Positions 25,357-37,058 of a stretch of DNA of 64,000 bases are shown here, one piece after another. The DNA lies in the NCBI RefSeq assembly GCF_011386835.1, contig NC_088794.1, positions 133,858,001 through 133,922,000 on the forward strand. Reading direction: 5' to 3'. The number at the start of each line of letters is the position of its first letter. Position 1 is the stretch's first letter. Both the position numbers and the translations under genes were made by a program. The notes under the pieces are model-generated. The model searched no databases, had not been told where the DNA came from, and saw only the letters and a program-made list of their open reading frames with translations. Source of the stretch: Chrysemys picta bellii. Its lineage: Eukaryota.

Positions 25357-26661
25357 ATTGGGAATGACCTTCAGAACGGTAATTGTTGTCCATCTGTGCT
25401 TTTTCATTTTCCCTTGTACTATGTATGTAATAGGAGCTGTGAAATGATTAAAAACAGGACCCAGCCTATTCCACAATTGTGACATTCAAACATTTTACTC
25501 CAGAATCTGAGATTTTTTAAAAAAAATGTTTAACCCTTGTGGTTGCAGAAAAGCTTGTGAATATGAACAGAGAGTAAACTGATGCAGTGTTTCCTGTTTG
25601 ACTCTGCAGGGAGCTGGAACATCTCCCCGAGAAGTGTGACCTGTCTCATTAATCTCAAAACAGGGCCCCTGTGGACTTCAAAATTCTGCTGATGAATAAC
25701 TTGATGTTTTTCCCAAATGCCATGGAATTCATCATGTTCCTGCAGCTGGCAACCGACATTTTGTTTTATGTCTCCTTGCCCTGGTGGGACCTGTCTATGG
25801 ATGCCTCTTCCTTTCCTAATAACAAGGTGTTAATTTGATTACAGTGCATGCTCCCTGCACTGTTCAGTTGAGCCAGGCAAAAAGGAATCGGGGAACCAGA
25901 AATAGAGTCCACCTTGGAGCAAGAGAGTGGCTGACAATCTGGGCTGCAGCTAGATCTAGGGAACTTGGGAGGTGGGTTATTAAAGATGACTAGTAGCTTC
26001 CCTCTTCTGGCACTTGTGGTGGGAAGTAGGTTCTAAGCTGGGTTGTTTGGATAACACTGCAAGAGTGGAGGCCCACGGAATAGAAAAAGTCAGCCTGAAG
26101 AGCAAAGCAAAAAAAAAAATCCTTGAAAATAATAATTAACAAATGTTATGCCTGATTATTTTCAGCAATGAACCATAGTTCTGTGCAGTTGCATAGGGGT
26201 GAGGAGGCTGAAGGTAATTATATGGCAATAGAATAAGTCAACTTTGCTACAGAATTTGGTCTATCTGTGCAACAGAGTACATAGAGCCTTGGAGGGTAGT
26301 AGGCATGAAGTCTCCTTCCCGTAAAACCAGAATATAAATTTGTTTATTAATTGCTTAAAATATCTCTTGTCCCAGGTCACCTGTTTTCCCATAATTTTTA
26401 GTATGGATGTTGTAGTTCTGATGTTTTTGCAGCAATACACTCTAAAGAAATTGAAAAGTGCAATTTAGAACTGTATCATACCTTTGCCTAACAAGAGGCA
26501 TGAGGGCTTGGGAGAATCAGACAGATCTTCCAAAGATTTCCTTTTTGGTGGAATAAATAATTGGTTAAATGCCTCCAAACTATCTTTTGTCTCCAAAAGC
26601 TACTGAAAATTTTTCAAATAGAGGATATAGGAAGTAGGGGAAATAAATACACTGTACTTAC

Positions 26662-26751
26662 AAAACCACCTCGTGTAACATAAGGATATTAGGATGTGGA
26701 TTCAGTCGCCTCAGTGCTTGTATTTCTCGCAGACTATTCACTTGCTCGATA
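26662..26751 (-). CDS. MOK: MOK coding exon 3 (IEQVNSLREIQALRRLNPHPNILMLHEVVF)
   Basis: 90 nt, AG/GT. Confidence 0.97.
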
Positions 26752-29670
26752 CTAATGTGTAATTTAAAAAAGAAGTGAGAGTGGAAAACTAGTTTACAAG
26801 TTAGGAATTAGATTGTGACTTAGTATCCACACAAGGGAGCAAGAACCTCCTCTCCTCTTATGTCCCTATGCAAGCTACCCAAATCTCGGGTCCAGGAATG
26901 CAGAAGTAATTGGGGAGTTAATTGCCTGGGGCAAGGGAATAGGGTAGGAAATGGATAATATCCTGGTTCCACTTCCCCTTCTTGCTGACCAGATTGGCTG
27001 ATCCAGGAGAGGTGGGTAGTAATTTACTGTTGGTGTAGACCAGAAGTAAATTACTACTCCGCAGCAGCAAGAAAGAAATCAGAGAGGAATTGTGCGTCCA
27101 AGTCACAATAACTCCCACGGCTACTCCTGGGTTGGTGTAGCTTACAGCTAAAGACTATGCCTAAAGTCACAATCTAGCCCTGTGTAGTCATTAGCATTAA
27201 AACTCAATTTAAAATTAATAACCACTAGTGTGAAGAACTGAAACACAGTATTTTACTAGCTAATTAAAACATAGTATTTAATCATGTCACTCATGCCTGG
27301 GACTCAATTAACCATTAGAAGTCCAAGCTACAGAAACCACTGGGGGGGGAAATTCATTTTATGGGGCTTCAATGGCCTTGCATGGACACTAGATATAGCA
27401 AATCACTACAGGATAAGCTTTTCCTTTCACAAGCTGATCAAGAGTTAGCCAAATGCCAAAATCCTTATGTTTCAACATGAAAATAAGAAAATTATCCTGT
27501 ACTAGCAAGATCAATTTATATCACTATTACCTATAGCTATAAGTGAACATTCCAGAAAAAGTGTAACCTCTAGCCATTCATAACTTTCAGAGGGTCCAAG
27601 ACCTAAGGGAGACTTTAACGCATCATAGGGAAGATGTTCTCACAATCCCTCATAAATATGGGAATGCTGGCCATCTAAGTGCAATGAGTTGAACACACTC
27701 AAAATTTCTTAATCTTATAACTAGTATTTATTTTTATTAATTTGGTCTCAACTCTAGAGAGTCTGTTTTCTTTTTTAATAAGAAAAGAGACAAAACTAAA
27801 ACAGATGTCTGAAAACTAACATGATATGTTTTTGGTCTCAGTGCTTAATGTTAGCTTTTCTGAATGGTCCCAAATAAAATGTGGAATAAAATGTTCCTAC
27901 TTTTAATTCAAATCATGACCACAGTCAATTGATTTACACAATGAGGGTTATTTTCAGAACCAAAGTAGTACAATTTTCATGTTTGTTTTTAATCAATTTC
28001 AATATACATTAAAAAGGAAAATATATACTCAAAAGATGCTATTTCTGATTCTTTTTATATAAGTAACAACATGAAATGTCCTATATTTTAAGATAAATAG
28101 GCAGAATTTGTCAAAAGAGTATAACTAGATCTGAACTGCCATATGAATTTCCCTGATAAAAATCTATTGCTGGAATCTGTTTCACAAAATACATTGCCAG
28201 TTTCAACGATCTGTAAATAATAGTAATTTTACTTGGAGTACACTGTGCAAAACTGACTGACTCATCAATACTGGTTTACATGACAGGGCCAGCTACCTCA
28301 CCATCTAATAAGATTTAATCTTGATAAACAAAAATAAACTGATCATAACTTCAGTGAGACATAATGGAAGCCTGGTTTGTGTTAACAACAACAACAACAA
28401 ACACAATTAAAAAAAAACCCAAAAGTCAGCACCAGCAAATTGCCATCTTTCCCAAATAAACCTCATACATAGAGCTAATTAAACAAATTCTCAGTTTTTA
28501 ATATTTCTAAAACTGATTAGCCAAGAAATTTGTGTGCGTATTCTGAACATTCTGGACCAAATACTGGGTTGTAACTAAGCTTCACTCAGTGTAACTAAGG
28601 ACAGAACCACTTTTACATACACCTTGTTCCTCCAGCTGGCCAGATCCACTGAGTTTATGACTCCATTGTAACAATGGACCAGCACAAAGTGGCTATAGTA
28701 GAAAGTTTATATTCAGTGGCCTGAGCTGATTAATTTTTTTTCCATTTAAAGGAAAAGGATGGATTTGTGTTGGTAAACTCACTCTTGCTTAATCTCTGCA
28801 GATCTGATTGACTTCATAATCTGTGCAGCAACAGAGCACTGAATCAAACCTGAAATTTTTCAAAGCAATAGACGCAACGTCAACTGTAACTCCCACTGAA
28901 ATCAATAGGAAATGAATGTGTCTAACTGAGAGCTGAACTTGGCCCCTTGCTAAAGTTAGGGGTTGTGCACCTTGATTTGGATGAGAATGCTGTGTGTGAG
29001 TGTGCAGTGAATCCCATTTTCCTAATAAGAAAGAGCTCCCACTGTGACTTGTGTTGCCCACTATTAGAGGACACAATCAAATGTGAATAAAGGCAAATAC
29101 AAAATACAAAGAGGAACAAAATCTGTATAGGGAGAGAAAATAACTACTGTTACACGATCCACAATAAAATGCATTTAAAATGAACCTGACAATGGATAAC
29201 GAGGGTGTTCTTTACACCATCTTCTTGTACTAATTCATTTATGGCAGGAAGAAAAATGACACGAGCATGTTCAGACATATTCTACTTTTCCTTTCTGGTA
29301 GGAATTCATTTACAAATGTAAAACCAAGACCAGAGTGGTGACAGGAACAAATAGTAGATAGGAATGAACAAAGACCCCAGTCCTCCTCTCTCTCTAATCC
29401 TGGTCTCAATTCAGTTGACAAGCAGGTATAGAATTTGCTACAGTGAGTAACATCAATGGGTCTACTTGGTAGAAAGCACAATGCCAAATTATAATTTGCT
29501 ATATGATCAGGCCCTCAGTTCCCCCTTTCTAACATATGCAAACATATTTTTCAATACACATGAACAAGTATTCAGAATCCTCTAGTCAGTCTTAAATTTA
29601 TATTTATTTCCCCAATAAATGTAAACAAAGTTTTCATATTTTGGGCAATAGCATGATTAACTATACCTAC

Positions 29671-29785
29671 CTTTCAAAATGCTGTTTCATTTGTTTGCAT
29701 GCATAGTAATTTCCATCCCTAAGACTCTGTGTCTTCAGAACATCAGAAAATGTTCCCTCGCCTATTTTACCAACAGGTTTATATT
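29671..29785 (-). CDS. MOK: MOK coding exon 2 (KYKPVGKIGEGTFSDVLK...ACKQMKQHFES)
   Basis: 115 nt, AG/GT; glycine-rich loop and catalytic Lys. Confidence 0.97.
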
Positions 29786-30890
29786 CTAAAAACAAAAATA
29801 TTTAAATTTTAAAATGTAAAAGTAAGTTTTGTTGTAAACAGTAAATATTTTTATATTTATCCTTAGTTGATTTTCATTAAATTCTGTCTTTGCTGGGTGA
29901 TTTTCAATATTACGCTTTTGGTTGTGGTTCACATGTCAATCATTTGGGAAAAAAATTAAATTGAATTAGAGCAAATTGGGTTTTACTGCCCCGTCCTACT
30001 GATGCTCATATTATTGATTGTACAATACATTAACACAATCCCAGAGCACAAACTGTGACCTCCCTGCTCCGTGACACGATACCTTTGTACATACAAGAGG
30101 CCTTTTTTCTGTCATAGCTAGGGCCCTACCAATTTCACAGCCATGAAAAATGTGTCAAGGACTGTGAAATCAGCCCTCCCCCATGAAATCTGATCTCCCC
30201 TGCTGCTGGGAGCCTGAGGCTCCTAGCTGCTAGTCTAGCCACGCTGGGGAGGGACAGGACGGCCCTGCACAGCCGCTCTTGGTGAGGAGATCAGACCCAC
30301 CTCCAGAGGCAGCGCAGAAATGAGGGTGGTATCATTATCCTGTCTTTGACCCAAACTATATTTCTCTTTCCTTAACTTCCTCTACATGTACTTGATTGGT
30401 CCTGCTCCAGTAATACTGACTGTTCCATCAGCCAGTCTTATTCATCCCCTCAAGTCCCCTCATTGCTTAGTGTCCCTCCAGATTCTGTCCTTGGTAATCT
30501 CATCTGCACCTATAGGTGCAACAACCATCTCCACCAGTGAGCTGAAGATAAACCAATTCATGTCAGTTTCATGCTACTGTTACTGCTGGGGAAAGCTTAT
30601 GAACAACAAAGGAAGCAGGCAGTGGAGTTATTCACAGAGAAGACTCCAAAAAGTAGAGACCAAGGGAGAGGTAAAGTAACAAAGACCTCTTTCCTCCCTC
30701 ACACCCTCATGCCTGACAGCTATAGGAGACTTAGGGTACTGCGACACTGCAGCTATGCTACAGCAACATAGTATAGACACATGCTAGAGCCACAGGGGTT
30801 TTTCCATCACTAGAGTGAATCCACCCTCTTGAGAGGCAGTAGCTAGGTCAACAGAAGAATTCTTCTGTCTACCTAGTGGTGTCTATATGG

Positions 30891-31112
30891 CAGTGGTTCT
30901 TAAACTGGGGGTTGTGACCCCCTGAGGGGTCACAAGGTTATTATGGGGGGGGAGGTTACAACCTATTGCCCACCACCCCTAAACCCCACTGCGCCTCCAG
31001 CATTCATAATAGTGTTAAATATTTTTAAAGTGTTTTTAATATATAAGAGGGGTCACACTCATAGGCTTGCTGTGTTGAAGGGGTCACCAATACAAAAGTT
31101 TGAGAATCACTG
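30891..31112. mobile_element. hAT MITE nested in a gtctacac-type MITE
   Basis: TIRs cagtggttcttaaact / agtttgagaatcactg; TSD poorly preserved. Confidence 0.7.
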
Positions 31113-31515
31113 CATATTGGGACTTAGGTCAGCTTAACTACAGACAGGTCTACACTTAAAATGCTGCAGTGATAAGCTTGCAGCAGTGCAGCTGCACCGC
31201 GATAGCGCTTCAGTGAAGATGCTACTATGCTGAAGGAAGAGCTTCTTCTGTCAGCATAGTTAATCCACCTCTGTGTGAGACGGTAGCAGAAGCCTTCCTA
31301 TCGACATAGTGCTGTCTACACTGGGAGTTAGGTTTATATAATTGTGTTGCTCGGGGTGTGGAGTTTAGACCCAAGTTTAGGTCTGGACCAGGCCATACAG
31401 TAGTGGAGACATACCCCTTCTCCTTGAAGCATCCAGGAGTTTTTGCAGGGCAGAAGTGACGGCAAGTTCTTTCTACCATCCAGAAGCTGGATGGTGGATC
31501 TTCACATTTCAGATA

Positions 31516-31737
31516 CAGGTCTGTCGCATCTTACTCTGGGGTTACGTTCCGCAGTCAGTGCGTAAAGCGAAAATCGCATATAGTCAAAATTACATTGAGT
31601 GTAATGGCGGGGGGGAAATCGCCCGCACTACAGGTACAATATTAAAATTGTTATTTTTCTCTCCTTTTTTTTTTTTTTGCCGACCGCGTAAAGCTGAAAT
31701 CGCGCATGTTAAATGCGCGTAAGATGCGACAGACCTG
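31516..31737. mobile_element. Tc1/mariner (Tigger-like) MITE
   Basis: Perfect 19-bp TIRs caggtctgtcgcatcttac / gtaagatgcgacagacctg flanked by TA on both sides. Confidence 0.88.
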
Positions 31738-34029
31738 TACGTACCAGCAACCCAGGTGTCATCTTCAGTTCTTCTTTTCTACTAGCCAACCTTCACATCC
31801 ACTCTTGCAATGAATGCTTCTTCTCTTATTAAGATCATTTAAAACCTTTCCTCATTACCAAGGTTCTCTTTCACTTTTCATCTTTATTACTGTGACCTTC
31901 CCCTTTACAACCTTTCCTCTTTTGCAGTCTAACAGTGGCACTTTGGATAAAATCATCTCTCTCTCCTGTCACTCTTATCATTTGCTCTTTAAGTTCCTTC
32001 TAAGACTCTCCCTTCTCTTCCCTCATGCTGCTCTTATGTTTGAAACACTATTTCTCTACACTAGGCCCTCTTTAAAGCCCAGTTCTTCCAGAAATCTATT
32101 CTCCCTGTTCATCACCACCACATTCTGCTCCCTCTCTCTCTCCTGAACTGTTGTCTTTTACTATTTTCTTGTCGGATTTAGATGGTAAGATCTTCAGTGC
32201 AAGGCACGTGCCTGTTTATAAAATACCAAGTACACTTGCTAATGCTATGTATTATAAACAGTCTTTGCTCATGAAGTACTTTACAAGTCAGAAACAGAAT
32301 CTCAAAAACTGATATAGGAGGGCACCAAAACCCATCACAAAGACACCAAATCAGGAATAATATGCTGAGGTGGCATAATCCTGCTCAGAGGCCTGATTGC
32401 TAATATTTTATAACCCTTAACAACCATTGATTTAGCATGTTCATACCTCACTATTGTAAAGAACATTCCTCAACTTTTTTTTTTTTTAAAAGGTCAACTG
32501 TCACTGTGGCTGAGATAAATGATAGCATAGTGAGTGACATTTTACGTCCCCACATTGTCGGAGACAGTTTCTGTGTTAAACATATAAAGTATCTGCAGCA
32601 AAGTTTAGCAAGTTGTCTACCTGTTATTCAATGGTAACAGTCAGCAATCTCAATAGTTCTCTACTACACCGTCCATTGCTAGTTCGTACATGCAAATAGT
32701 TGATTTTATGGCACGATAAAAATCCAAATCAGGCTATCCTTAGAGATAGATAAACTAGAAATAAAATATGAAGATTCTATCAGCAATATGTGCTGAAGAC
32801 TCAAAATACCTAGGCTAAAAAGCACATGTAATACATTGAAAAAAAAACCACACCACCACCACAAAACAAAGCTTTCTGATTGATCCCATGGACATCTACC
32901 TCTATTTGGTTCATGAACTCTTGTCTGGCTATAGCACACCAGTGTATTTTTCTCACAGAAGAATAGGCCTGGAGCACTGGACCAGGATGGAGTAATTTAA
33001 ATCACTTTTTGTCTATCACTGATTTAAATCAGGTGAGGGTTTGGGGGAAAAAAGTGTGCTATTACAACTTGCATGATACATTTTAATCTAACTAAACTAT
33101 AATTTAAAAAAGCCACTATGGTAAGGTATCACTCAAATTTTACAAAAGAGCTGTAGGCAAAAACAAAATATTAAAGACTAAGACCCTGATCCTGGAAAAC
33201 ACTTAAGCAGATCCAAAATTTTACTCTTTTGAAGTTTGATCCTGCTCTCATTCAAGGCAATGAAAAAGCATCCATTGACTTGAATGATGCAGGATCAAAC
33301 CCCTGTAAAGTCTCATTTATGTTAAAGGCACTGCTCAGGCTTAAAATTACACGTGTGCATAAGTGTTTGCGAAATCAGGGACTAAAATTGTATTTTGATT
33401 TCAAATTTTCTCTTAGTGGCATAAAAATTGTCACTTCACAATAAAAACGCTTCCGTGTTATTGAAAAGTTATCCTTTTCTTTTCGGTGCATTAACAAATA
33501 TATTGTGAAGTTTTTTACATCAAAAATTCAGGCCAAAATTTTCAATAATATAGGCATCAAAGAGTGGGATTTTCAAAAAAAGCTAAGGCCTAGATCCACA
33601 AAAGGACTTAGGCACCTAACTGACACTTTTGGTACCTAAATGTTAGCCTTAGGTGCCTCTGAGATCCTCAAAACCTTCATTCAGCTGCTGCCAAACTCTG
33701 AAAGCACCTAAAATCCTTAGGTGCCTAAATTTCTGATGTTGAAGTCCCATCGGTGCCTAGAAATCTGCCAATGAGTATGTGCACAGCTACCTCACATCCC
33801 TAATCCTAATTGTGTCCTGACTATCTTAGTGAGTGTTGGTAGCCCACTGGGAAAGGCACTGCCCAGGTTGTGAAAGACTCAGACTCAGTTCCCTACTCTG
33901 CCTAATATGGAGAAGAAATTTGAATTTGTGTCACCCCATACCCAGGAGTGTGCCCTTATCATTGGGCCTTGGGGTATTGTGGGGCAGGTCTTTCTCAATC
34001 TCTCCTAGCAAAGCTGTTCCACTTAAAAG

Positions 34030-34905
34030 TACCCTTATTAAGTTTGCAGATGATACCAAACTGGGAGGGATTGCAACTGCTTTGGATGATAGGGTCATAA
34101 TTCAAAATGATCTGAGGTAAACAGGATGAAGTTTAACAAAGACAAATGCAAAGTGCTCCACTTAGGAAGGAACAATCAGTTTCACACATACAGAATGGGA
34201 ACAGACTGTCTAGGAAGGAGTACGGCAGAAAGGGATCTAGGGGTTATAATGGACCACAAGCTAAATATGAGTCAACAGTGTGATGCTGTTGCAAAAAAAA
34301 GCAAACAGGATTCTGGGATGCATTAACAGGTGTGTTGTGAGCAAGACACGAGAAGTCATTCTTCCGCTCTACTCTGCTCTGGTTAGGCCTCAACTGGAGT
34401 ATTGTGTCCAGTTCTGGGCACCGCATTTCAAGAATGATGTGGAGAAATTGGAGAGGGTCCAGAGAAGAGCAACAAGAATGATTAAAGGTCTTGAGAACAT
34501 GACCTATGAAGGAAGGCTGAAAGAATTGGGTTTGTTTAGTTTGGAAAAGAGAAGACTGAGAGGGGACATGATAGCAGTTTTCAGGTATCTAAAAGGGTGT
34601 CATAAGGAGGAAGGAGAAAACTTGTTCACCTTAACCTCTAAGGATAGAGCAAGAAGCAATGGGCTTAAACTGCAGCAAGGGAGGTTTAGGTTGGACATTA
34701 CGAAAAAGTTCCTAACTGTCAGGGTGGTTAAACACTGGAATAAACTGCCTAGGGAGGTTGTGGAATCTCCATCTCTGGAGATATTTAAGAGTAGGTTAGA
34801 TAAATGTCTATCCAGAATAGTCTAGACAGTATTGGGTCCTACCATGAGGGCAGGGGACTGGACTCCATGATCTCTCAAGGTCCCTTCCAGTCCTAGAATC
34901 CATGA
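34030..34905 (+). mobile_element. CR1 LINE, 5'-truncated, with open RT C-terminal segment
   Basis: KFADDTKLGG; ORF 34280-34825 [18 protein letters not shown]...; tail cccttccagtcctagaatccatgaat. Confidence 0.95.
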
Positions 34906-34909
34906 ATAT

Positions 34910-35490
34910 AGGAGGATACTGCAGTAGTCAAGGTGGAATACAGTGGGGAACTAAACCAGAAATGTGGGTGTGGAAATGGAAAGAAAAGGATGGAGTATGG
35001 AGATGTTGAGAAGGAAGACGCTGTAGGCCAAGAGAAAGATATACTGAACATGGGATTAATTTTTAATTTATAAGTAATAAAGAGAATGGTGCCAACAGTG
35101 ATAAAAAAAGGGGGAAGAGGAGGTTTGTGAGGAAAGTTTAAGAGTTTTTTGGGGCCATGTTCAGTTTAAATGGATAAGATAACGTATCTCTCTGACATTT
35201 CCTCTGGGATATTAGATGGGATTGTTTAGAAAGAGACAGGTCAATGGTAGAGAGAAAGTTTTGAAAGTCATCAGCACAGAGTTGATATTTGAAACCATGT
35301 GAGAAGATATTGTCCAGGGACAGCCTGTAAAGTGAGATGATCAAAGGGCCAAGGACAGAACCTGATGAAGGAATGACTGGACAGGTAGGAGGAAATCCAG
35401 AAGAGGACAGTATCTCAAAAGCCAATGAGGGCAAAAAGTCAAGGAAAAGATGATCAACAGCATCAGAACCAACCGAGAGGCTGAGGTGGG
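34910..35490 (-). mobile_element. L2-like LINE fragment
   Basis: Translated GSVLGPLIISLY...SHGFKYQLCADDFQNFLS resembles the L2 RT YADD region. Confidence 0.7.
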
Positions 35491-36016
35491 TCTTGTGATG
35501 CTCCTTTACTGATATTAGTAATCAGAGGGCAGGTCCTTCCCCCAGCTACTTATCTCCTCATATATCTTTGCATAGTAGGATCTGGTCCCCCTCCCACCAA
35601 CCCATAGTCCAATATGCATATTCCATCCCCATCTCAATAGCAGGGCCATTTCTGTTCCAAATGGATCTGACAGTGGAGCCTAGTCCTCCACTCACACATA
35701 ACAAAAGTGGGGCACAAGCACCTCATGCACCTGCCCCACCCAGAGCAAGGCTTAGACACCGCCTCACCCCCGTCCTCACACAGTATCTCCATTCTCTCTG
35801 CCCTAGGAGGGTCTGCTCCCTGCCACAGGACCCGCTGCCAACCTACGGCGATCCCGCTCCCACTTACACATCCTGCCTGCTGCACCCCGTTAGCGCCTCC
35901 CGCTCCGCATTTCCCTCTCTCTCCACAGAGAAACTGTCCCCCGACCCCCCCAGCGGGAGGCCCTCTCCCTCGCTCCCCTCACACCGCCCCCGGGCCCCGT
36001 CCCTCTCCGCCCTTAC

Positions 36017-36023
36017 TGTTCAT
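36017..36023 (-). CDS. MOK: MOK coding exon 1 (ATG AAC A)
   Basis: Reverse strand gccgcaggATGAACA|gtaagg; 7 coding nt match the phase required by exon 2; lies in the CpG island. Confidence 0.88.
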
Positions 36024-36128
36024 CCTGCGGCTCCTCAGCGGTGTGGGGACGGGGAGGGAAAGGCTGAGGCCTTCACTGCAGCGCCCACCCCTCCCGACAG
36101 AGCTGTCAGCGCGCCATGTTGTATTCCC

Positions 36129-36142
36129 GTCACCCTGGCAAC
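36129..36142. promoter_or_regulatory. RFX X-box motif
   Basis: GTCACC-CT-GGCAAC fits consensus GTNRCC-N0-3-RGYAAC, 106 bp upstream of the MOK ATG. Confidence 0.6.
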
Positions 36143-36842
36143 CGCACAGGCTCAAGATTCCAGACCAGAAACACAGCCGAGTCAGCCCCACCCGCCCACA
36201 AAGCCGCGCAAGCGCAATGCAGCTGCCTCCCCCCGGCACGCAAGCGCAATACCGTCTCCTTCTTCTCCCATGGCGCGAGATTACAGGCTCTCCAATCTTT
36301 ACCCAGTTTCACAGTCGCGCAGGCGTAGTACAGTTTGTTTTTAGGCCGGGCCACTTACGACCCCGTTTGCGCAGGCGTAGCAACCCTCTCGCTTTCTCTC
36401 TTTTCCCCACCCGTCCTTGACGGATGATGCACAGTGGCAAACCAGAACCTTGTACCCCACACGGCTCCGCCTGCGCATGTGCAGTAGAGACTTCTTTTGC
36501 GCCTCAGTCCGTGATTGTTGGGCAAACGCAATAGGGATTTGTGTTCCCAGGTTTCCAAGCTCTGAGGCCGGGCAGGTGCTTTGCCCCTGAGGATGCTCCC
36601 TGTGGGTGGGCCGGGCGCGGGAGGAGGATTAGGTTAGGCTGGCCTTACCTGGGCAGCCCCGCAGTGCTGTGGGGGGGTCTTCTCAAGGCAAGGGGAACGT
36701 CACACTGCTTAGCGGTGTAGTCAATTATTTTTTTGTCAAGGTCTTGGTCAAGGAATAGTCAAGGTCTAGACTCCAGAGGAACATTTTTTTTCACACCACA
36801 ATAACAATAATGATAATAATAAGTAAATACAAAGATTTCACA

Positions 36843-37058
36843 AAAAGAAGAACAGGAGTACTTGTGGCACCTTAGAGACTAACAAATTTATTAGAGCATA
36901 AGCTTTCGTGGACTACAGCCCACTTCTTCGGATGCATCCGAAGAAGTGGGCTGTAGTCCACGAAAGCTTATGCTCTAATAAATTTGTTAGTCTCTAAGGT
37001 GCCACAAGTACTCCTGTTCTTCTTTTTGCGGATACAGACTAACACGGCTGCTACTCTG
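36843..37058 (+). mobile_element. Penelope-like terminal (pLTR) insertion forming a perfect palindrome
   Basis: Palindrome 36841-37028 centred on atgcat; 3' tail gcggatacagactaacacggctgctactctg; 12-bp TSD aaagatttcaca (36831-36842, 37059-37070). Penelope assignment is from recalled turtle repeats and the hammerhead content. Confidence 0.75.
36934..36973 (+). ncRNA. Minimal type I hammerhead ribozyme motif (mirror copy on minus strand at 36896-36935)
   Basis: GCAU-CCGAAGA-A-GUGGGC(UGUA)GUCCAC-GAAA-GC-UU|AUGC: stem I GCAU/AUGC, stem II 6 bp, palindromic AGCU stem III, core with U4C. Confidence 0.65.

Larger units (their letters stand above)
30340..32250 (+). mobile_element. Old L2-like LINE fragments split by younger DNA transposons
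   Basis: gtgtccctccagattctgtccttggt...caaccatctc resembles the L2 RT region (GVPQGSVLG); pyrimidine-rich body and gatttagatggtaagatcttcagtgcaaggcac tail near 32180-32210. Confidence 0.5.
10508..36023 (-). other. MOK: MOK gene span (MAPK/MAK/MRK overlapping kinase), 12 coding exons, 420 aa
   Basis: Join on minus strand 36017-36023, 29671-29785, 26662-26751, 24297-24367, 18408-18486, 18215-18263, 16901-17079, 13260-13361, 12420-12593, 12045-12156, 10684-10887, 10508-10588 = 1263 nt open frame with GEGTFS, HRDVKPEN, DFG, TEY and RAPE motifs. Confidence 0.96.
35900..36700 (-). promoter_or_regulatory. MOK CpG-island promoter region
   Basis: CpG/GC-rich block around exon 1; YY1-like GCGCCATGTT (36111-36120), X-box (36129-36142), NRF1-like TGCGCATGTGCA (36472-36483). 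Confidence 0.75.

Noticed and set aside
35568-36420. 258-aa and 237-aa plus-strand ORFs
   Set aside because: Stop-poor GC-rich MOK CpG island; low-complexity translations in several frames at once.
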